A DNA stretch of 64,000 nucleotides from an uncultured Gemmatimonadales bacterium (GCA_963844035.1 CAWJMT010000001.1:32001-96000); one strand, 5' to 3'; shown: positions 52,408 through 63,799, numbered from the stretch's first letter. Notes: a model not told the origin generated them from the letters alone. Program-made: numbers and translations.

Positions 52408-53336
52408 CACCGCCGCAACGATTCCTTCACAAGGCTGCTGAGCAGGAACGCGATGTTCGCGGGCCGCTCCGCCAGGCGGCGCATCAGATACGGATACCAT
52501 TGGTCCCCAAACGGGACGTAGACGCGGAGCCGGTACCCTTCGCGGCGCAGCGCCCGCTGGAGGTCACGCCGTACGCCGAACAGCATCTGGAACTCGAACC
52601 GAGTTGTTGGAATGCGCCGGCTGGTGACGAAGGCCTTTGCCCGAGCAATGATCCGTTCGTCGTGGGTAGCGATCGCGGGATAGTTCCCCCGCTCCAGCAG
52701 CTGTTCCATGCAGGTGATGTAGTTGGCGTCCACATCCTTCTTGTCCGGGAACGCGATGTCCGCCGATTCCTGGTAGGCGCCCTTGCACAACCGGACCCGC
52801 GCGCCGAGTGCGATCATGTCCGTGACATCCCGCTCGGTGCGGCGCAGGTACGACTGGAGCACGACGCCGACGGTATCGCCAAACTCCGGGTGGAATCGGT
52901 GTTTGAAAAGTTGGAGCGTGCGCTCGGTGTAGGCCGACCCTTCCATATCAATGCGGACAAACGACCTCTGCGCCCCGGCGCGGGACACGATCGCGCACAC
53001 GTGCTCGACGCATTCCTGCTCGCCGATGTCGAGGCCCATCTGCGTGAGCTTGAGCGACACGTTGGAGTCCGCACCAACGGCTCGGATCCGTTCGAGCGCC
53101 TGGATGTAGGTGTCGCGGGCCGTGCGGGCGTCCGCCACGTTCCGTACTGCCTCGCCAAGCAGGTCAAGGGTCGCCGAGATACCCGCGGCGTTGAGCTCGC
53201 GCAGCGCGGTCACCGCACTGTCCACCGTGTCTCCGGCGACAAAGCGCGAGGCGAGGTGTCGCGCGATGCCGTTGGCGCGGACGAACCGGAACACGCTCGG
53301 TTGTTCGCTGAGCCACAGGAGGCCGGCGCGCAGCAC
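52407..53336 (-). CDS. Proline dehydrogenase (monofunctional)
   Basis: RFVAG, DLLGE, SLKLTQ, RIDME, RLCKGAY, ATHD, EFQML, YLMRRLAERP. Confidence 0.95.
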   Translation of the reverse strand: MLRAGLLWLSEQPSVFRFVRANGIARHLASRFVAGDTVDSAVTALRELNAAGISATLDLLGEAVRNVADARTARDTYIQALERIRAVGADSNVSLKLTQMGLDIGEQECVEHVCAIVSRAGAQRSFVRIDMEGSAYTERTLQLFKHRFHPEFGDTVGVVLQSYLRRTERDVTDMIALGARVRLCKGAYQESADIAFPDKKDVDANYITCMEQLLERGNYPAIATHDERIIARAKAFVTSRRIPTTRFEFQMLFGVRRDLQRALRREGYRLRVYVPFGDQWYPYLMRRLAERPANIAFLLSSLVKESLRR

Positions 53337-53352
53337 TAGGGGCGGTGGTCGA

Positions 53353-55486
53353 TCACGGATAGAACTTGGCGCCGCGGCGCGCCAGGTCCTGCAGGACTTC
53401 CGAGGGCTCAAACCGGGCACCGTGGCGCTCCTGTAGACGTTCCAACTCGCCGACGAGGCGTGCTGCCCCGAGGTCATCGGCGTGTCGCAGGGGACCACCC
53501 CGGAATGGCGGGAACCCGAAGCCGAACAACGCCGCGATATCGCCGTCCCGGGGCGAGCGCACGACGCCCTCGCCGAACGCCCGGGACGCCTCGTTGAGCA
53601 TGATCAGGACCAGTCGCTGGATCACCTCGGCGGCGCGGGAGCCGCCGTTGGGGTGGACGCCGAGCAGGTCGTATACGCTGGTATCCACGCCCTTCTTGGT
53701 TCCCCCGGCGTAGCGGTAGAACCCGCGGGCCGCCTTACGGCCGAGGCGGGCGTCCTGGACGAGTTTTCCAAACGCCGGCGCCGCCGCGAGCCGATCGCCG
53801 AACGCCGCGTGCAACACGCCCGAGGCCTTCTCGGCAACGTCCAACCCGACCTCGTCGAGCAGCGTGATCGGACCCACGGGGAAGCCCCACGCCACCATGA
53901 GCCGGTCCAGCTCATCGATCGCCACGCCCTCGCCGAGCAGGTGGCCCGCTTCGTTCATGTACGGCGCGAGGATGCGGTTGACCCAGAAGCCCGGGCTGTC
54001 GCGCACCACGATGGCGGTCTTCCCCATCCGGCGACCGAACGCGACGGCCGTGCTGATGACCTCGGGCGCGGTGCGATCGGCGGGGATGACCTCGAGCAGC
54101 GGCATGCGCGCAACCGGCGAGAAGAAATGCATCCCGATCACGCGCTCGGGCCGCTGGGCTGCTTCGGCGATCCGGCCGATCGGGATCGTGGACGTATTGG
54201 ACGCGAAGATTGTGGTCGCCGGCGTCACGCCCTCGACCTCGCGCAACACCTGCTGCTTCACGCCCAAGTCCTCGAACACCGCCTCGATCACGAGCTCGGC
54301 GCGGCCAAATGCCGCGTACCCATCGCCACCCGACAGCAGGGCGACGAGACGGGTGTGCTCGTACTTGGTGATACGCCGCCGTCGCAGCCGCTCGTCGAGA
54401 ATCTCCCGCGCGGCGTGCAGGCCCCTGGCGACCTGCGGGAGGGCGGCGTCCTTCATGCGTACATCCACGCCGGCCTGCCCGGCCGCGGTGCCCGCGATCC
54501 CCGCGCCCATGAACCCGGCGCCCACCACCGCGAGCCGGCGGATGTCGAGCGGGCGGCGGCGCATTCTCCACCCCGAGATCCTTTTTGAGCTGGGTGGTGG
54601 CGAAGAAGATCTGCACGAGCTTGCGCGACACATCGGTGGCCGCGAGCTGGCCGAATAGCTCGGCCTCACGTTTCAGGCCCTCTGCCATGCCGTGGCGGAA
54701 CCCGTGCTCTACGGCGTCCAGCGCCGCGAGCGGTGCGGGATAGTTGCCACGTGTGGTCGCGAGCACCTGACGGCGGGCCTGGCGGAACACGACTTTGCGG
54801 CCGAGCGGATTGCCGTCGAGCAACCAGCCGACGATCCCTCCCCGCCCCGCTCGTCTGGGCTGCCAACCGCCCGCCAGGCGCCGGGCAGCACCGAGCGCGA
54901 TCTCACGCAGGATCGCGGGCGGCACGAGCTCGTCCACGAGCCCGAGTCGGAACACCTTGGCGGCGCGCTCGACCTTGCCGGCGAGGATGATGTCCAGTGC
55001 CGCCCGCGCGCCGATCAGGCGGGGGAGGCGCTGGCAGCCGCCGGCGGCGGGCAGGATCCCGAGCTGCACCTCGGGGAGGCCCAGCTGGGTCTTGGGGTGA
55101 TCGGTGGCGATGCGGTAGGCGCACGCCAGCGCGAACTCGAGTCCTCCGCCCAGGCACGCGCCATGGATCGCGGCGACGACCGGCTTCGGGAAGCGCGCGA
55201 CGCGCTCGAGCATGTCCTGGCCACCTGCGGCGAGGCGCTCCGCCTCGGCGGCGCTCTTGAGCGCGACAAACTCCTCGACATCGGCGCCGGCGATGAAGAT
55301 GTCGGCTTTACCGGACATGAAGACGACCGCCTTCACTTCCGGGTCGCGCGCGAGCATCTCGAACGTCGCGAGGAATTCGTCCTTGACCGACTGCGTGATC
55401 TTGTTGACGGATTCCCCGGGCAGGTCGAATGTGACCACCGCAACGCCGTCGACGTTGTCCCAGGTGAGGGCGGCACCGGCGGTCAT
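53353..55486 (-). CDS. fadJ: Fatty acid oxidation complex alpha subunit (enoyl-CoA hydratase / 3-hydroxyacyl-CoA dehydrogenase; indel near 54555)
   Basis: FIAGAD, CLGGGLE, LGLPEVQLG, GAGFMG, ASNTS, GMHFFSP, GFPPFRGG. Confidence 0.92.
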
Positions 55487-56748
55487 CAACGGCGCTCCAG
55501 CACCATTGCGAACGCCATTCCCCCCTGAGCGCAGATCGAAACGAGACCGAGCTCGACGTCGCGGCGCTTCATCTCGTGGGCGAGACTGGTGACCAGACGA
55601 CCGCCCGTCGCCCCGAACGGGTGACCGATCGCGACCGATCCACCCATCACGTTGATGATTCCCTCGTCGATCTTCCATCCCTTCGCCGCGAACCCTTGAA
55701 GGTTCGAAAGGACCTGAGCCGCGAAGGCTTCGTGGATCTCGATCAGCCCCAGGTCGCTCCACTTGATTTTCGCCCGCTCGAGCGCCTTCGGCACGGCCCA
55801 GACCGGCCCCTGCAGCAGCTGCCACCCAGGGTCCACCGCAGCCACGGCATAGGACCGGATGAAGGCGAGGGGCGCGTACCCGAGCGTCGTGGCGGTGTCC
55901 TCCCCCATCAGCAGCACCGCCGAGGCTCCGTCGGTGAGCGGCGAGGCGTTCGCGGCGGTGACCGAGCCGTAGCGGCGATCGAACACGGGCTTGAGCTTCG
56001 CCATCTGCTCGAGCGAGCTGTCCCGCCGAATGCCGTTGTCCTGGGTGATCACGGGCTCGCCCAGCCGGGCCGAAAACCACGGCGCGATTTCGGCGGTGAG
56101 TCGGCCGTCGTCGGTGGCCTGGGCGGCGAGCTGGTGGCTGCGAAGCGCCCAACGGTCCTGCGCGTCCCGGCTGATGTGGTTTTCCTTGGCCATCTTCTCA
56201 GCCGATTGCCCCATCGATTCACCGGTCGACGGCTCCGCGATGGCGGGGGAGACGGGAATGAGATCGCGCGGGCGAATCTTGCTGAAGGTCCGGATCCGGG
56301 CGCCCAGGGTTTTTGCCTTGCTGGCTTCGACGAGGACGTCGGCCAACCGCCGGGACGCCAGTATGGGAACATCGGACAGCGATTCCACGCCGCCCGCGAT
56401 CGCCACGTTGGCGTGTCCGAGGACGATCTGGTCGTGCGCGGCAGAGATGGCCTGGCCGGCGGACGCGCAGGCGCGGTTGAGCGTGTAGGCGGGGATTTCC
56501 TTGGGAAACTGCGGAAGCAGGCTGACTTCGCGCGCCACGTTGGGCACGAGCGGAGACGGGACGACCTGGCCGAAGACGATCTCGTCAACGGCCCGCCCAT
56601 CCAGGTTGGTGCGCTCCACCAGCTCGCGCGCCGCGTGCCGGGCCAGATCCACGCCGCGGACGTCCTTCAGGAGCGTCCCGGCCTTGCAAAACGGCGTGCG
56701 ATACCCGGCGATCACGGCGACGCTCCGCCGCCCGTTCGTGCGTCGCAT
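55486..56748 (-). CDS. fadI: Acetyl-CoA C-acyltransferase (thiolase)
   Basis: NRACAS, HEAFA, GHPFGATG, CAQGG; coupled to fadJ. Confidence 0.92.
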   Translation of the reverse strand: MRRTNGRRSVAVIAGYRTPFCKAGTLLKDVRGVDLARHAARELVERTNLDGRAVDEIVFGQVVPSPLVPNVAREVSLLPQFPKEIPAYTLNRACASAGQAISAAHDQIVLGHANVAIAGGVESLSDVPILASRRLADVLVEASKAKTLGARIRTFSKIRPRDLIPVSPAIAEPSTGESMGQSAEKMAKENHISRDAQDRWALRSHQLAAQATDDGRLTAEIAPWFSARLGEPVITQDNGIRRDSSLEQMAKLKPVFDRRYGSVTAANASPLTDGASAVLLMGEDTATTLGYAPLAFIRSYAVAAVDPGWQLLQGPVWAVPKALERAKIKWSDLGLIEIHEAFAAQVLSNLQGFAAKGWKIDEGIINVMGGSVAIGHPFGATGGRLVTSLAHEMKRRDVELGLVSICAQGGMAFAMVLERR

Positions 56749-56825
56749 TACATTCTCCTTCCGTCGGGATGGAGCGAAACCTACCATCAGGCCCGCCGCC
56801 GGGCCAAGTCGAAGGGCGGTTGCGG

Positions 56826-58511
56826 ATGGAAGCGCCGTTTTCCCAGGCCTCACGCGCCGCGGCACTCGCGGCCATGTCCGCCGAACCGGTGGACCTGCTC
56901 GTGCTCGGCGGCGGCATCACCGGCGCCGGGATCGCGCGCGATGCGGCCCTGCGCGGCATCCGCACGGCGCTCGTCGACCAGGGCGACTACGGTAGCGCGA
57001 CGTCGTCGCACTCGTCGCGCCTGATCCACGGCGGTCTCCGGTACCTCGAGCAGTTCGACTTCGGACTCGTGTTCGAAGCGTTGCACGAGCGGCGGGTCCT
57101 GCTCCGCATCGCGCCCCACCTGGTGCGTCCGCTGCCGTTCTTGTTTCCGGTGTACCGCGGCGCCCGCGTCCCCGCGTGGAAACTGGAAGCGGGGATGTGG
57201 CTGTACGACGCGCTCGCCGGGTTCCACAACGAGCACCTGCACCGCTGGCTGGGCCGCAAGCGTGTCGCCCGCCTGGAGCCGCGGTTGCGCACCAAGGGCC
57301 TCCAGGGTGCGTCGCTGTACTACGACGCGCAGACGGACGATGCCCGCCTGGTGCTCGCCACCATGCGCAGCGCGGCCCAGGCGGGCGCGCTCGTCGCCAA
57401 CTACGCGGAGGCGACGAGCCTCCTCAAGTCGGACGGCCACGTGCGCGGTGCCAGCGTGCGGGACGCCCTCGGGGATCGGACGTACGCCGTGCGGGCGCTG
57501 GTGGTCGTGAACGCCACGGGTCCGTGGGTCGATGTCATTCGACAGCGCGACGATCCGCAGGCGCGGCCCCTGCTGCGGCTCACGAAAGGCGCCCACGTGG
57601 CCGTGCCGCGGGCACGCATCGGCCACACGCACGCAGTCACGCTGACATCTCCGATCGACGGCCGCGTGATGTTCGTGCTCCCCTGGGGGGACCTGAGCTA
57701 CATCGGCACGACCGACACCGACGAGGCGGTTGCACCGGACGAGGTTCGCACCAGCGGAGCCGACGTCGTCTATCTCCTGCGCTCCGTGAACGCGCTGTTC
57801 CCCGACGCCCGGCTCGGCCCCAAGGACGTGATCTCCACCTGGGCGGGATTGCGGCCGATGCTCGCCCCAGCGCATGAACGGTCGGCGTCGCAGGTGTCGC
57901 GCGAGCATCGCATCGTCGAGGCGCCGAGCGGACTGGTCACGATCGCCGGCGGGAAACTGACCACCTACCGCCGCATGGCGCGAGACATGGTCGATTTGGT
58001 GGCGAAGCGGCTTCGCGCGCTCGACGGACGGCCCCTCGCCCCGCGCGCGGCGACGGATCGGCTGCCGCTGCCGGGCGGCGAAGCTGCTGATCTCGAAGTG
58101 CTGGTGGAGTCGCTGCGCGCGCGCGATCTGCCCGAGGGGCATGCACGGCATCTGGTCCGTCGCTACGGCAGCGAAGCGGCCGCCATCTTGAACCTGGTGG
58201 AGCGCGACCGCTCGCTCGGTGAGCAGATCGTCGCCGGACGGCCGGAGGTCTGGGCAGAAGTCGTACACGCGGTCGAGCGCGAGATGGCCGCGCGTCTTTC
58301 GGATGTGCTCATCCGCCGGCTGCACCTGTTCTACGAGGATCCCGCGCACGGCAACAGCGTGTCCACCGTCGTGGCCGCTCGCATGGGCGACCTGTTGGGT
58401 TGGGACAAGACACGACGCGAGGAGGAAGTGACCGACTACACCGCCCAGGTGAAGCGGTCGCGAGCCTTCTTGAAGGAAACCCCGAGAGTGAGTTCACCGA
58501 CGACGGGCTAG
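56826..58511 (+). CDS. glpD: FAD-dependent glycerol-3-phosphate dehydrogenase
   Basis: GGGITG, TSSHSSRLIHGGLRYLE, NATGPW, IGTTD, GLRP, GGKLTTYR. Confidence 0.95.
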   Translation: MEAPFSQASRAAALAAMSAEPVDLLVLGGGITGAGIARDAALRGIRTALVDQGDYGSATSSHSSRLIHGGLRYLEQFDFGLVFEALHERRVLLRIAPHLVRPLPFLFPVYRGARVPAWKLEAGMWLYDALAGFHNEHLHRWLGRKRVARLEPRLRTKGLQGASLYYDAQTDDARLVLATMRSAAQAGALVANYAEATSLLKSDGHVRGASVRDALGDRTYAVRALVVVNATGPWVDVIRQRDDPQARPLLRLTKGAHVAVPRARIGHTHAVTLTSPIDGRVMFVLPWGDLSYIGTTDTDEAVAPDEVRTSGADVVYLLRSVNALFPDARLGPKDVISTWAGLRPMLAPAHERSASQVSREHRIVEAPSGLVTIAGGKLTTYRRMARDMVDLVAKRLRALDGRPLAPRAATDRLPLPGGEAADLEVLVESLRARDLPEGHARHLVRRYGSEAAAILNLVERDRSLGEQIVAGRPEVWAEVVHAVEREMAARLSDVLIRRLHLFYEDPAHGNSVSTVVAARMGDLLGWDKTRREEEVTDYTAQVKRSRAFLKETPRVSSPTTG

Positions 58512-58545
58512 ACGTGTGGCGTGAGCGCATCAGTGGCGCCCGCGG

Positions 58546-59544
58546 TCACGCCGACCCGCGCAGCGAGCGAACGTAGTCGTGCAGTACCAGGAATTTCTCG
58601 AACAGCACGACGCCTTTCCGCTTGCGGCCGAACTCGGCGAACAACTCCCGCAACCGGCCTCGACGGGTGACGTACACCCGGAAGGTCTCGGCGAAATCTT
58701 CCTGCGGATGGGTCGCCGCGTATGCCGTCACGTAGTCGGGGAGCGTCGTGGTGACGCCACGCCGCTCGAAATCCACCCACTTCGAGTCGGCTACGCGGTA
58801 GGCCTTCTGCACTTCGCCGAACGCCCGGCGAAACCGGCCGGTACGCGTGAGGGACCAGTGATGGAACAGAAACGAGTGCCCCAATTCATGGAGGATGAGG
58901 CCGGTGAGCATGTTCCACGAGATCTCGTTCCGGTGCGGCCGCCGGGTGACGTAGGTTCGCTCGATCTCGATGATCTTGGGGCTACGGTGCGTGACGCCCG
59001 ACACTCCCGGGCGTAACACCACGCGATAGTTCCAATCCTTCAGGCGGGAGACCGCGAGCAGGCGCCGCGCGCGCCGCAGCGCTCGCGGCACCAGATCCCG
59101 ACCCGTCGCGTCCTCCCCGCACCAGGGGCACGCATCCATCCAGTCATCGACCCCCTTGCTGCAGTGGGGACAGATGTTTTGGAAGGTGTCGTAGACCCAT
59201 TTTTGCGCCCGCCCGCACCAGGGACAGTGCCGCATCGGGTACATCACCCCGCCGCCACACCCCCAGCGGCACCGGCGCTCGTACTTGAACCCTTTGGGCG
59301 CTTTGAGCGGCTCGGGGCTCGAGTTCCGGTCGGCGATGTCGCGGCCGCACCAGGGACAAAATGAAAAGGTGTCCGACACCGCCCAGCGGCAGTAATAGCA
59401 CTCCGCGCCGGTCACTTGCGGCATATCGCGCCATTCGAGCCGCCGGGCGCAATCGGGGCAGAACGACCAGAAGCGCTCGAGCTCCGCCCGGCACGTCGGG
59501 CAGCGCAGCTCGGGGGTCGGCACTTCGCGCCTACGCCGCGCCAT
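58546..59544 (-). CDS. Multi-zinc-ribbon protein with C-terminal putative zinc metallopeptidase (Peptidase_Mx-like)
   Basis: Eight Cys knuckles (CPTC, CPDC, CYYC, CPWC, CRWGC, CPWC, CPHC, CPWC); HELGH; YAATHPQEDFAETF. Confidence 0.85.
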   Translation of the reverse strand: MARRRREVPTPELRCPTCRAELERFWSFCPDCARRLEWRDMPQVTGAECYYCRWAVSDTFSFCPWCGRDIADRNSSPEPLKAPKGFKYERRCRWGCGGGVMYPMRHCPWCGRAQKWVYDTFQNICPHCSKGVDDWMDACPWCGEDATGRDLVPRALRRARRLLAVSRLKDWNYRVVLRPGVSGVTHRSPKIIEIERTYVTRRPHRNEISWNMLTGLILHELGHSFLFHHWSLTRTGRFRRAFGEVQKAYRVADSKWVDFERRGVTTTLPDYVTAYAATHPQEDFAETFRVYVTRRGRLRELFAEFGRKRKGVVLFEKFLVLHDYVRSLRGSA

Positions 59545-60559
59545 GGTCCCGCTTGAGCGCTTCGTCCAGGATGCGCTGGATCAGGGCGTCGTAGGTCATC
59601 CCGGCCTTCTGAGCGGCGTCGGCCATCTCGTTCTCGCGCGCGAGAAACGGGTTCGGGTTCGCCTCCAGGACGTACACCTGGTTGTCGTGCGTCAACCGCA
59701 AGTCAATACGCGCGTAGTCGTGGAGCCAGAGGGCGCGAAACGCGCGCGTGCAGATGTCGCCGATCGCATCCGTGACGTCGTCCGGCAGACCTTTCGCGAA
59801 GACGTTCCGGATCCGCTTGCGCTTGCGGTAGTCCTCGTCCCACTTCGCCTTGTACGTCGCGATGTGATGGTCAGCCGTCTCCGGCTCGCCGAACGTCATT
59901 TCGACGATCGGGAGCACCTCGAGCTTGGTGTTTCCGATCAGGCCGACGTACAGCTCCCGGCCCTCGATCAGCTCCTCTACGATCGCACCCTGGGCAAACT
60001 TGTCGTGCACGAACTTCACGCGCTCGCTGAGGCTCTCGTCGTCCTCGACCACGGACGCCTGGGAAATCCCCACCGACGCGTCCTCGAGCAGCGGCTTCAC
60101 GATCAACGGGAAACGCAGCTCCGACGGCCGCACCGGCTTCTCGTCCGGCGGGAACTCGGCGAACGCCGGCACGCGGATATCGTGGTAGACGAGAACCTTC
60201 TTGCTCAACGCCTTGTTGCGGGCGACGAGCAGCCCGGTGGGCGATGAGCCGGTGTAGCGGTGGCCGTGCATTTCGAGCAAGGCGGCGATGGCATACTCAT
60301 GCTGGGCACTGCTGCGGAACGCCTCACACCCGTTGAACACGATCTTGGGCTGGAAGGCGGCCAGGCCGGCGAGCACCGGCCCGAGCTCCCGACCGACTCC
60401 GACCATCAGCACCTCGTGGCCCAGCGCCACCAGCGCACGCGCCACGTCGTACTCGGCCTCCGCGACCTTCTCGGCCATCTCGCGCTTGTAGTCGCCGTCA
60501 CCCCAATCAGGGTGCAGCGTGTCGAACACGACGGCGATCTTCAGCGGCGCGCTCGCCAA
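59531..60559 (-). CDS. ATP-grasp ligase, D-Ala-D-Ala ligase-like but non-canonical
   Basis: VFNGCE, YTGS, NKALSK, PLIVKP, EELIEGRE, YARIDLR, LEANPNP; lacks the Ddl N-terminal GGxSxE motif. Confidence 0.88.
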   Translation of the reverse strand: MASAPLKIAVVFDTLHPDWGDGDYKREMAEKVAEAEYDVARALVALGHEVLMVGVGRELGPVLAGLAAFQPKIVFNGCEAFRSSAQHEYAIAALLEMHGHRYTGSSPTGLLVARNKALSKKVLVYHDIRVPAFAEFPPDEKPVRPSELRFPLIVKPLLEDASVGISQASVVEDDESLSERVKFVHDKFAQGAIVEELIEGRELYVGLIGNTKLEVLPIVEMTFGEPETADHHIATYKAKWDEDYRKRKRIRNVFAKGLPDDVTDAIGDICTRAFRALWLHDYARIDLRLTHDNQVYVLEANPNPFLARENEMADAAQKAGMTYDALIQRILDEALKRDHGAA

Positions 60560-60583
60560 GCGGGGATCGGCAGGATGGAGGGC

Positions 60584-61723
60584 TTAGGTGGACCGTCCGC
60601 CGGTCGCCGCCACGGCGCGCGCGTCGCGGTCGGCTTTGGCTCGGCGATACTGCTCGGTGAGCTCCTGCATCATCGCCTCGCGGCGCTGGTACAGGCGCTT
60701 GAGCCGCCGCGGCTTGCGGCGCGCCAACGCGTAGGCGGTGAGGAGGGGGAAGGCCACCGTGTTGTCGAGGTAGCACACCACCGTGCCGGGGAGCTTGTCG
60801 GGATCCACTTTGCCCCAGCTCACCGCCTCGGCCGGCGTGGCACCCGAGAGGCCCCCGGTATCGGGCCGGGCATCGGTCATCTGGAGAAAGTAATCGTGCC
60901 CCGTTTCGCTGATGCCCAGCACTTCCTGAATCTGGGGCTCAGTCTGCAGGACGAAGTTCTTGGGGCTCCCGCCCCCGATGATCAAGATGCCGCTTTTCCC
61001 ACCGGACGCCTTCGCCTGATAGACGATGGCGGCGGTCTCGTTCACGTCGGCGCTGACGTCGAAGCGCAGCGCGCTGCCGGCCAGGGCCTGCTCCGCGACG
61101 TTCATCCCGATCGACGAGTCGCCCGGCGACGAGGTGTAGATCGGGACGCCGCATTGATGGGCGACGCCCAGCACCGACTTCCGGGTGATGCCGAGGGCCT
61201 GCTCGCGCTGCACGATGTACCCGCCGAGCAGGTAGTGGTACTCCGCTGTGCTCATCGAGCGCTGGAACTCCGGGCGCGCCGAGACTTCGCGGATGTACGC
61301 GTCGGTGGACAGCAACACCTCGTAATCGAAAAAGATGTCGTAGATCCGCACCACGCCGTGTTCACGCAGCTCAACGTCATCCACGAACGGGGTGCCCTTG
61401 TGCATCGACAGCCCGAGCCCGAAGTGTGCGTCGTGGTACAGGTTCGCCCCCGTCGACACCGCCCAATCGACGAACCCCGCTTCCATCAAAGGGATGATGG
61501 TCGACATTCCGAGCCCGGCCGGCGTCATTGCGCCCGTCAGGCTCATTCCAACGGTCACATCATCTTCGAGCATCCGGGCGGCGAACAGCCGGCATCCCTC
61601 GGCCAGGCGCCCGGCGTTGTAGGCCAGGAACGCGTTGTCCACGAGCTCCGCGATCGTCTCTTTGCCGGTGATCGGACGCGGATCGATCCGCGCGCCGCGG
61701 AGGAAGTCAGCCCGCGAGGTCAT
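60584..61723 (-). CDS. Deoxyhypusine synthase family protein (probable homospermidine synthase)
   Basis: [45 protein letters not shown] (catalytic Lys retained). Confidence 0.92.
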   Translation of the reverse strand: MTSRADFLRGARIDPRPITGKETIAELVDNAFLAYNAGRLAEGCRLFAARMLEDDVTVGMSLTGAMTPAGLGMSTIIPLMEAGFVDWAVSTGANLYHDAHFGLGLSMHKGTPFVDDVELREHGVVRIYDIFFDYEVLLSTDAYIREVSARPEFQRSMSTAEYHYLLGGYIVQREQALGITRKSVLGVAHQCGVPIYTSSPGDSSIGMNVAEQALAGSALRFDVSADVNETAAIVYQAKASGGKSGILIIGGGSPKNFVLQTEPQIQEVLGISETGHDYFLQMTDARPDTGGLSGATPAEAVSWGKVDPDKLPGTVVCYLDNTVAFPLLTAYALARRKPRRLKRLYQRREAMMQELTEQYRRAKADRDARAVAATGGRST

Positions 61724-61727
61724 GGCG

Positions 61728-62471
61728 TCAGAGATCCCGTGGAGTGTCGAATGCCCTGCCCCGGCGGTCACGCGCCGCGCTGATGATCGCGACGGCTTCG
61801 GCGGGCGAGTCGGTGACGTGGAAGAGGTCGAGGTCCGTGGTCGAGATCTTGCCTTCACCGGCTACCCGGTCGCGCAACCAGTCGACCATCCCTGACCAAT
61901 AGTCCCGGCCAAACAAGACCACCGGGAACAGTTTCACTTTTCCCGTCTGGATCAGCGTCAGCGCCTCAAACATCTCATCGAGGGTGCCGTACCCGCCTGG
62001 GAAGACGACGAACGCCATGGCGTACTTCATGAACATCGTCTTGCGAACGAAGAAGTAGCGGAAGTTGATCGCCCGCTCGACGTAGGCGTTGAGGGCCTGC
62101 TCGAACGGCAGCTCGATGTTGCAGCCGATCGAAAGGCCGTTCCCCTCCTGCGCACCGCGGTTGGCGGCTTCCATGATGCCGGGGCCGCCCCCCGTGATGA
62201 TAGGGAAACCCTCTAGCGCAAGCAGGCGTCCTGTCTCGACAGCCTTCTCGTAATAGGCGTCCCCGGGCTCCGTGCGCGCCGATCCGAAGATCGTGACGGC
62301 GCTGTGGACGTCCGACAACGTGTCGAACCCTTCCACAAACTCCCCCATGATCCGCAGCACGCGCCAGGAGTCCGTCTTCGTGAATGCCCGCCGCTCACGG
62401 GGGACCTGTGTGAGGAGCCGTTCGTCTTCCGTTACCGGTCCGCGTTGCGAGCCGCTGGGGCGCTGGGGCAT
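61728..62471 (-). CDS. LOG family (TIGR00730) Rossmann-fold protein
   Basis: [41 protein letters not shown]. Confidence 0.93.
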   Translation of the reverse strand: MPQRPSGSQRGPVTEDERLLTQVPRERRAFTKTDSWRVLRIMGEFVEGFDTLSDVHSAVTIFGSARTEPGDAYYEKAVETGRLLALEGFPIITGGGPGIMEAANRGAQEGNGLSIGCNIELPFEQALNAYVERAINFRYFFVRKTMFMKYAMAFVVFPGGYGTLDEMFEALTLIQTGKVKLFPVVLFGRDYWSGMVDWLRDRVAGEGKISTTDLDLFHVTDSPAEAVAIISAARDRRGRAFDTPRDL

Positions 62472-62594
62472 GGTCGTCCCTACTGGAAGACCCGGGAGAT
62501 TCGGGCGTGGGGGCCGGCGAGGATCATAGGCGGTCAATATACAGAGGCGGGGCGCGCCGGACACAGCGTCGGGCCGCGTGTAGATTGCATCCCT

Positions 62595-62861
62595 ATGCGG
62601 GCTCGTGCAGGGTGGCCGTCGCTCTCGCTGCAGTTGGCGCTGCGCGCCCTCGTGAATCCACGGCTTGCCCTCGACCTGGTGCGGCTGGCGTGGAGCTTCC
62701 GGGCGCGCCACTGGTACCGTCAACCTCCCTTCCTTCCGTTCCCTCCCAGCGAGTACCTCCGGTGGCGCATGTTCACCGCCTACGGCGACGAGCATGCGGT
62801 GCCGCCGCTCGAGGATGTCATCCGTTTCGCCCGATGGCGGCGTGAGACGATGCGGGTATGA
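62595..62861 (+). CDS. Hypothetical 88-aa protein
   Basis: WYRQPPFLPFPPSEYLRWRMFTAYG motif; ATGA-coupled to queG. Confidence 0.65.
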   Translation: MRARAGWPSLSLQLALRALVNPRLALDLVRLAWSFRARHWYRQPPFLPFPPSEYLRWRMFTAYGDEHAVPPLEDVIRFARWRRETMRV

Positions 62862-63799
62862 CCCCCGAGGCACGGAGCCACGAGATCAAGCAGCGCGCCG
62901 CGGGGCTGGGGTTCGACGCCGCCGGGATCGCAACCTTGGAGCGCAACGCGCATGCGGCCGAGCTCGACCGCTGGCTCGCGGCGGGCTATGCCGGGACCAT
63001 GACGTACCTGCATCGCCAGGCCGCCAAGCGGAAGGAACCCCAGCGCATCATGCCGGAGGCGACCGCCGCCGTCGTGACGCTCACGAACTATTTTCATCCC
63101 GAGAACGTGTCCCCGGATGCCGGCAGAGTCGCGCAGTATGTCGGGTCGGAGGACTATCACGACGTGCTCGCCGGGCGTCTCGCGCGGCTTGCCGAGGCGA
63201 TCCGCGATTCGGGATCCGGCATCCGCACCCGCTGTTACGTGGACGCGGGGCCCGTGCCGGAGCGCGAGCTCGCGCAACGCGCCGGTCTCGGGTGGATCGG
63301 CAAGAACATGATGCTCATCCACCCGCGGCTTGGATCCTTCACCTTCATCGGCGTGGTCCTCACCGACGCGGCCGTCGCGCCGGACTTACCGTTCGAGGCC
63401 GATCGCTGCGGCTCGTGCCGCCGGTGCCTGGATGCCTGCCCTACGGGTGCGTTCCTCGAGCCGCACCTGATGGACGCCCGGCGCTGCATCTCCTATCTCA
63501 CGATCGAGCACCGGGGCGACTTCACGCCGCCCGAGCAGAGCATGGTCTCCGACTGGCTGTTCGGTTGCGACGACTGCCAGGACGTGTGCCCCTGGAACGT
63601 GACCTTCGCCCGCCCCGCCCACGACCCCGAGCTCACGCGCCGTCCCGACCTGGCGAGCCTCGAGCTCGGCGCCCTCGACGCGATGCCACCGCTCGAGTTC
63701 GAGCGCCGGTTTGGGACGACGCCGTTCGCGCGGGCCGGTCACTCGGGGATGCGGCGCAACGCAGCCGCGGTGCGCGCGAATCGGGCTGCCCATGAGTGA
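62858..63799 (+). CDS. queG: tRNA epoxyqueuosine reductase
   Basis: DYH, VDAGPVPER, GLGWIGKN, CGSCRRCLDACPT, CISYLTIE, FGCDDCQDVCPWN. Confidence 0.95.
   Translation: MTPEARSHEIKQRAAGLGFDAAGIATLERNAHAAELDRWLAAGYAGTMTYLHRQAAKRKEPQRIMPEATAAVVTLTNYFHPENVSPDAGRVAQYVGSEDYHDVLAGRLARLAEAIRDSGSGIRTRCYVDAGPVPERELAQRAGLGWIGKNMMLIHPRLGSFTFIGVVLTDAAVAPDLPFEADRCGSCRRCLDACPTGAFLEPHLMDARRCISYLTIEHRGDFTPPEQSMVSDWLFGCDDCQDVCPWNVTFARPAHDPELTRRPDLASLELGALDAMPPLEFERRFGTTPFARAGHSGMRRNAAAVRANRAAHE

Noticed and set aside
59531..60559. Canonical ddl assignment
   Set aside because: No GGxSxE N-terminal motif and no cell-wall gene context, so it is left as a ddl-like ATP-grasp.
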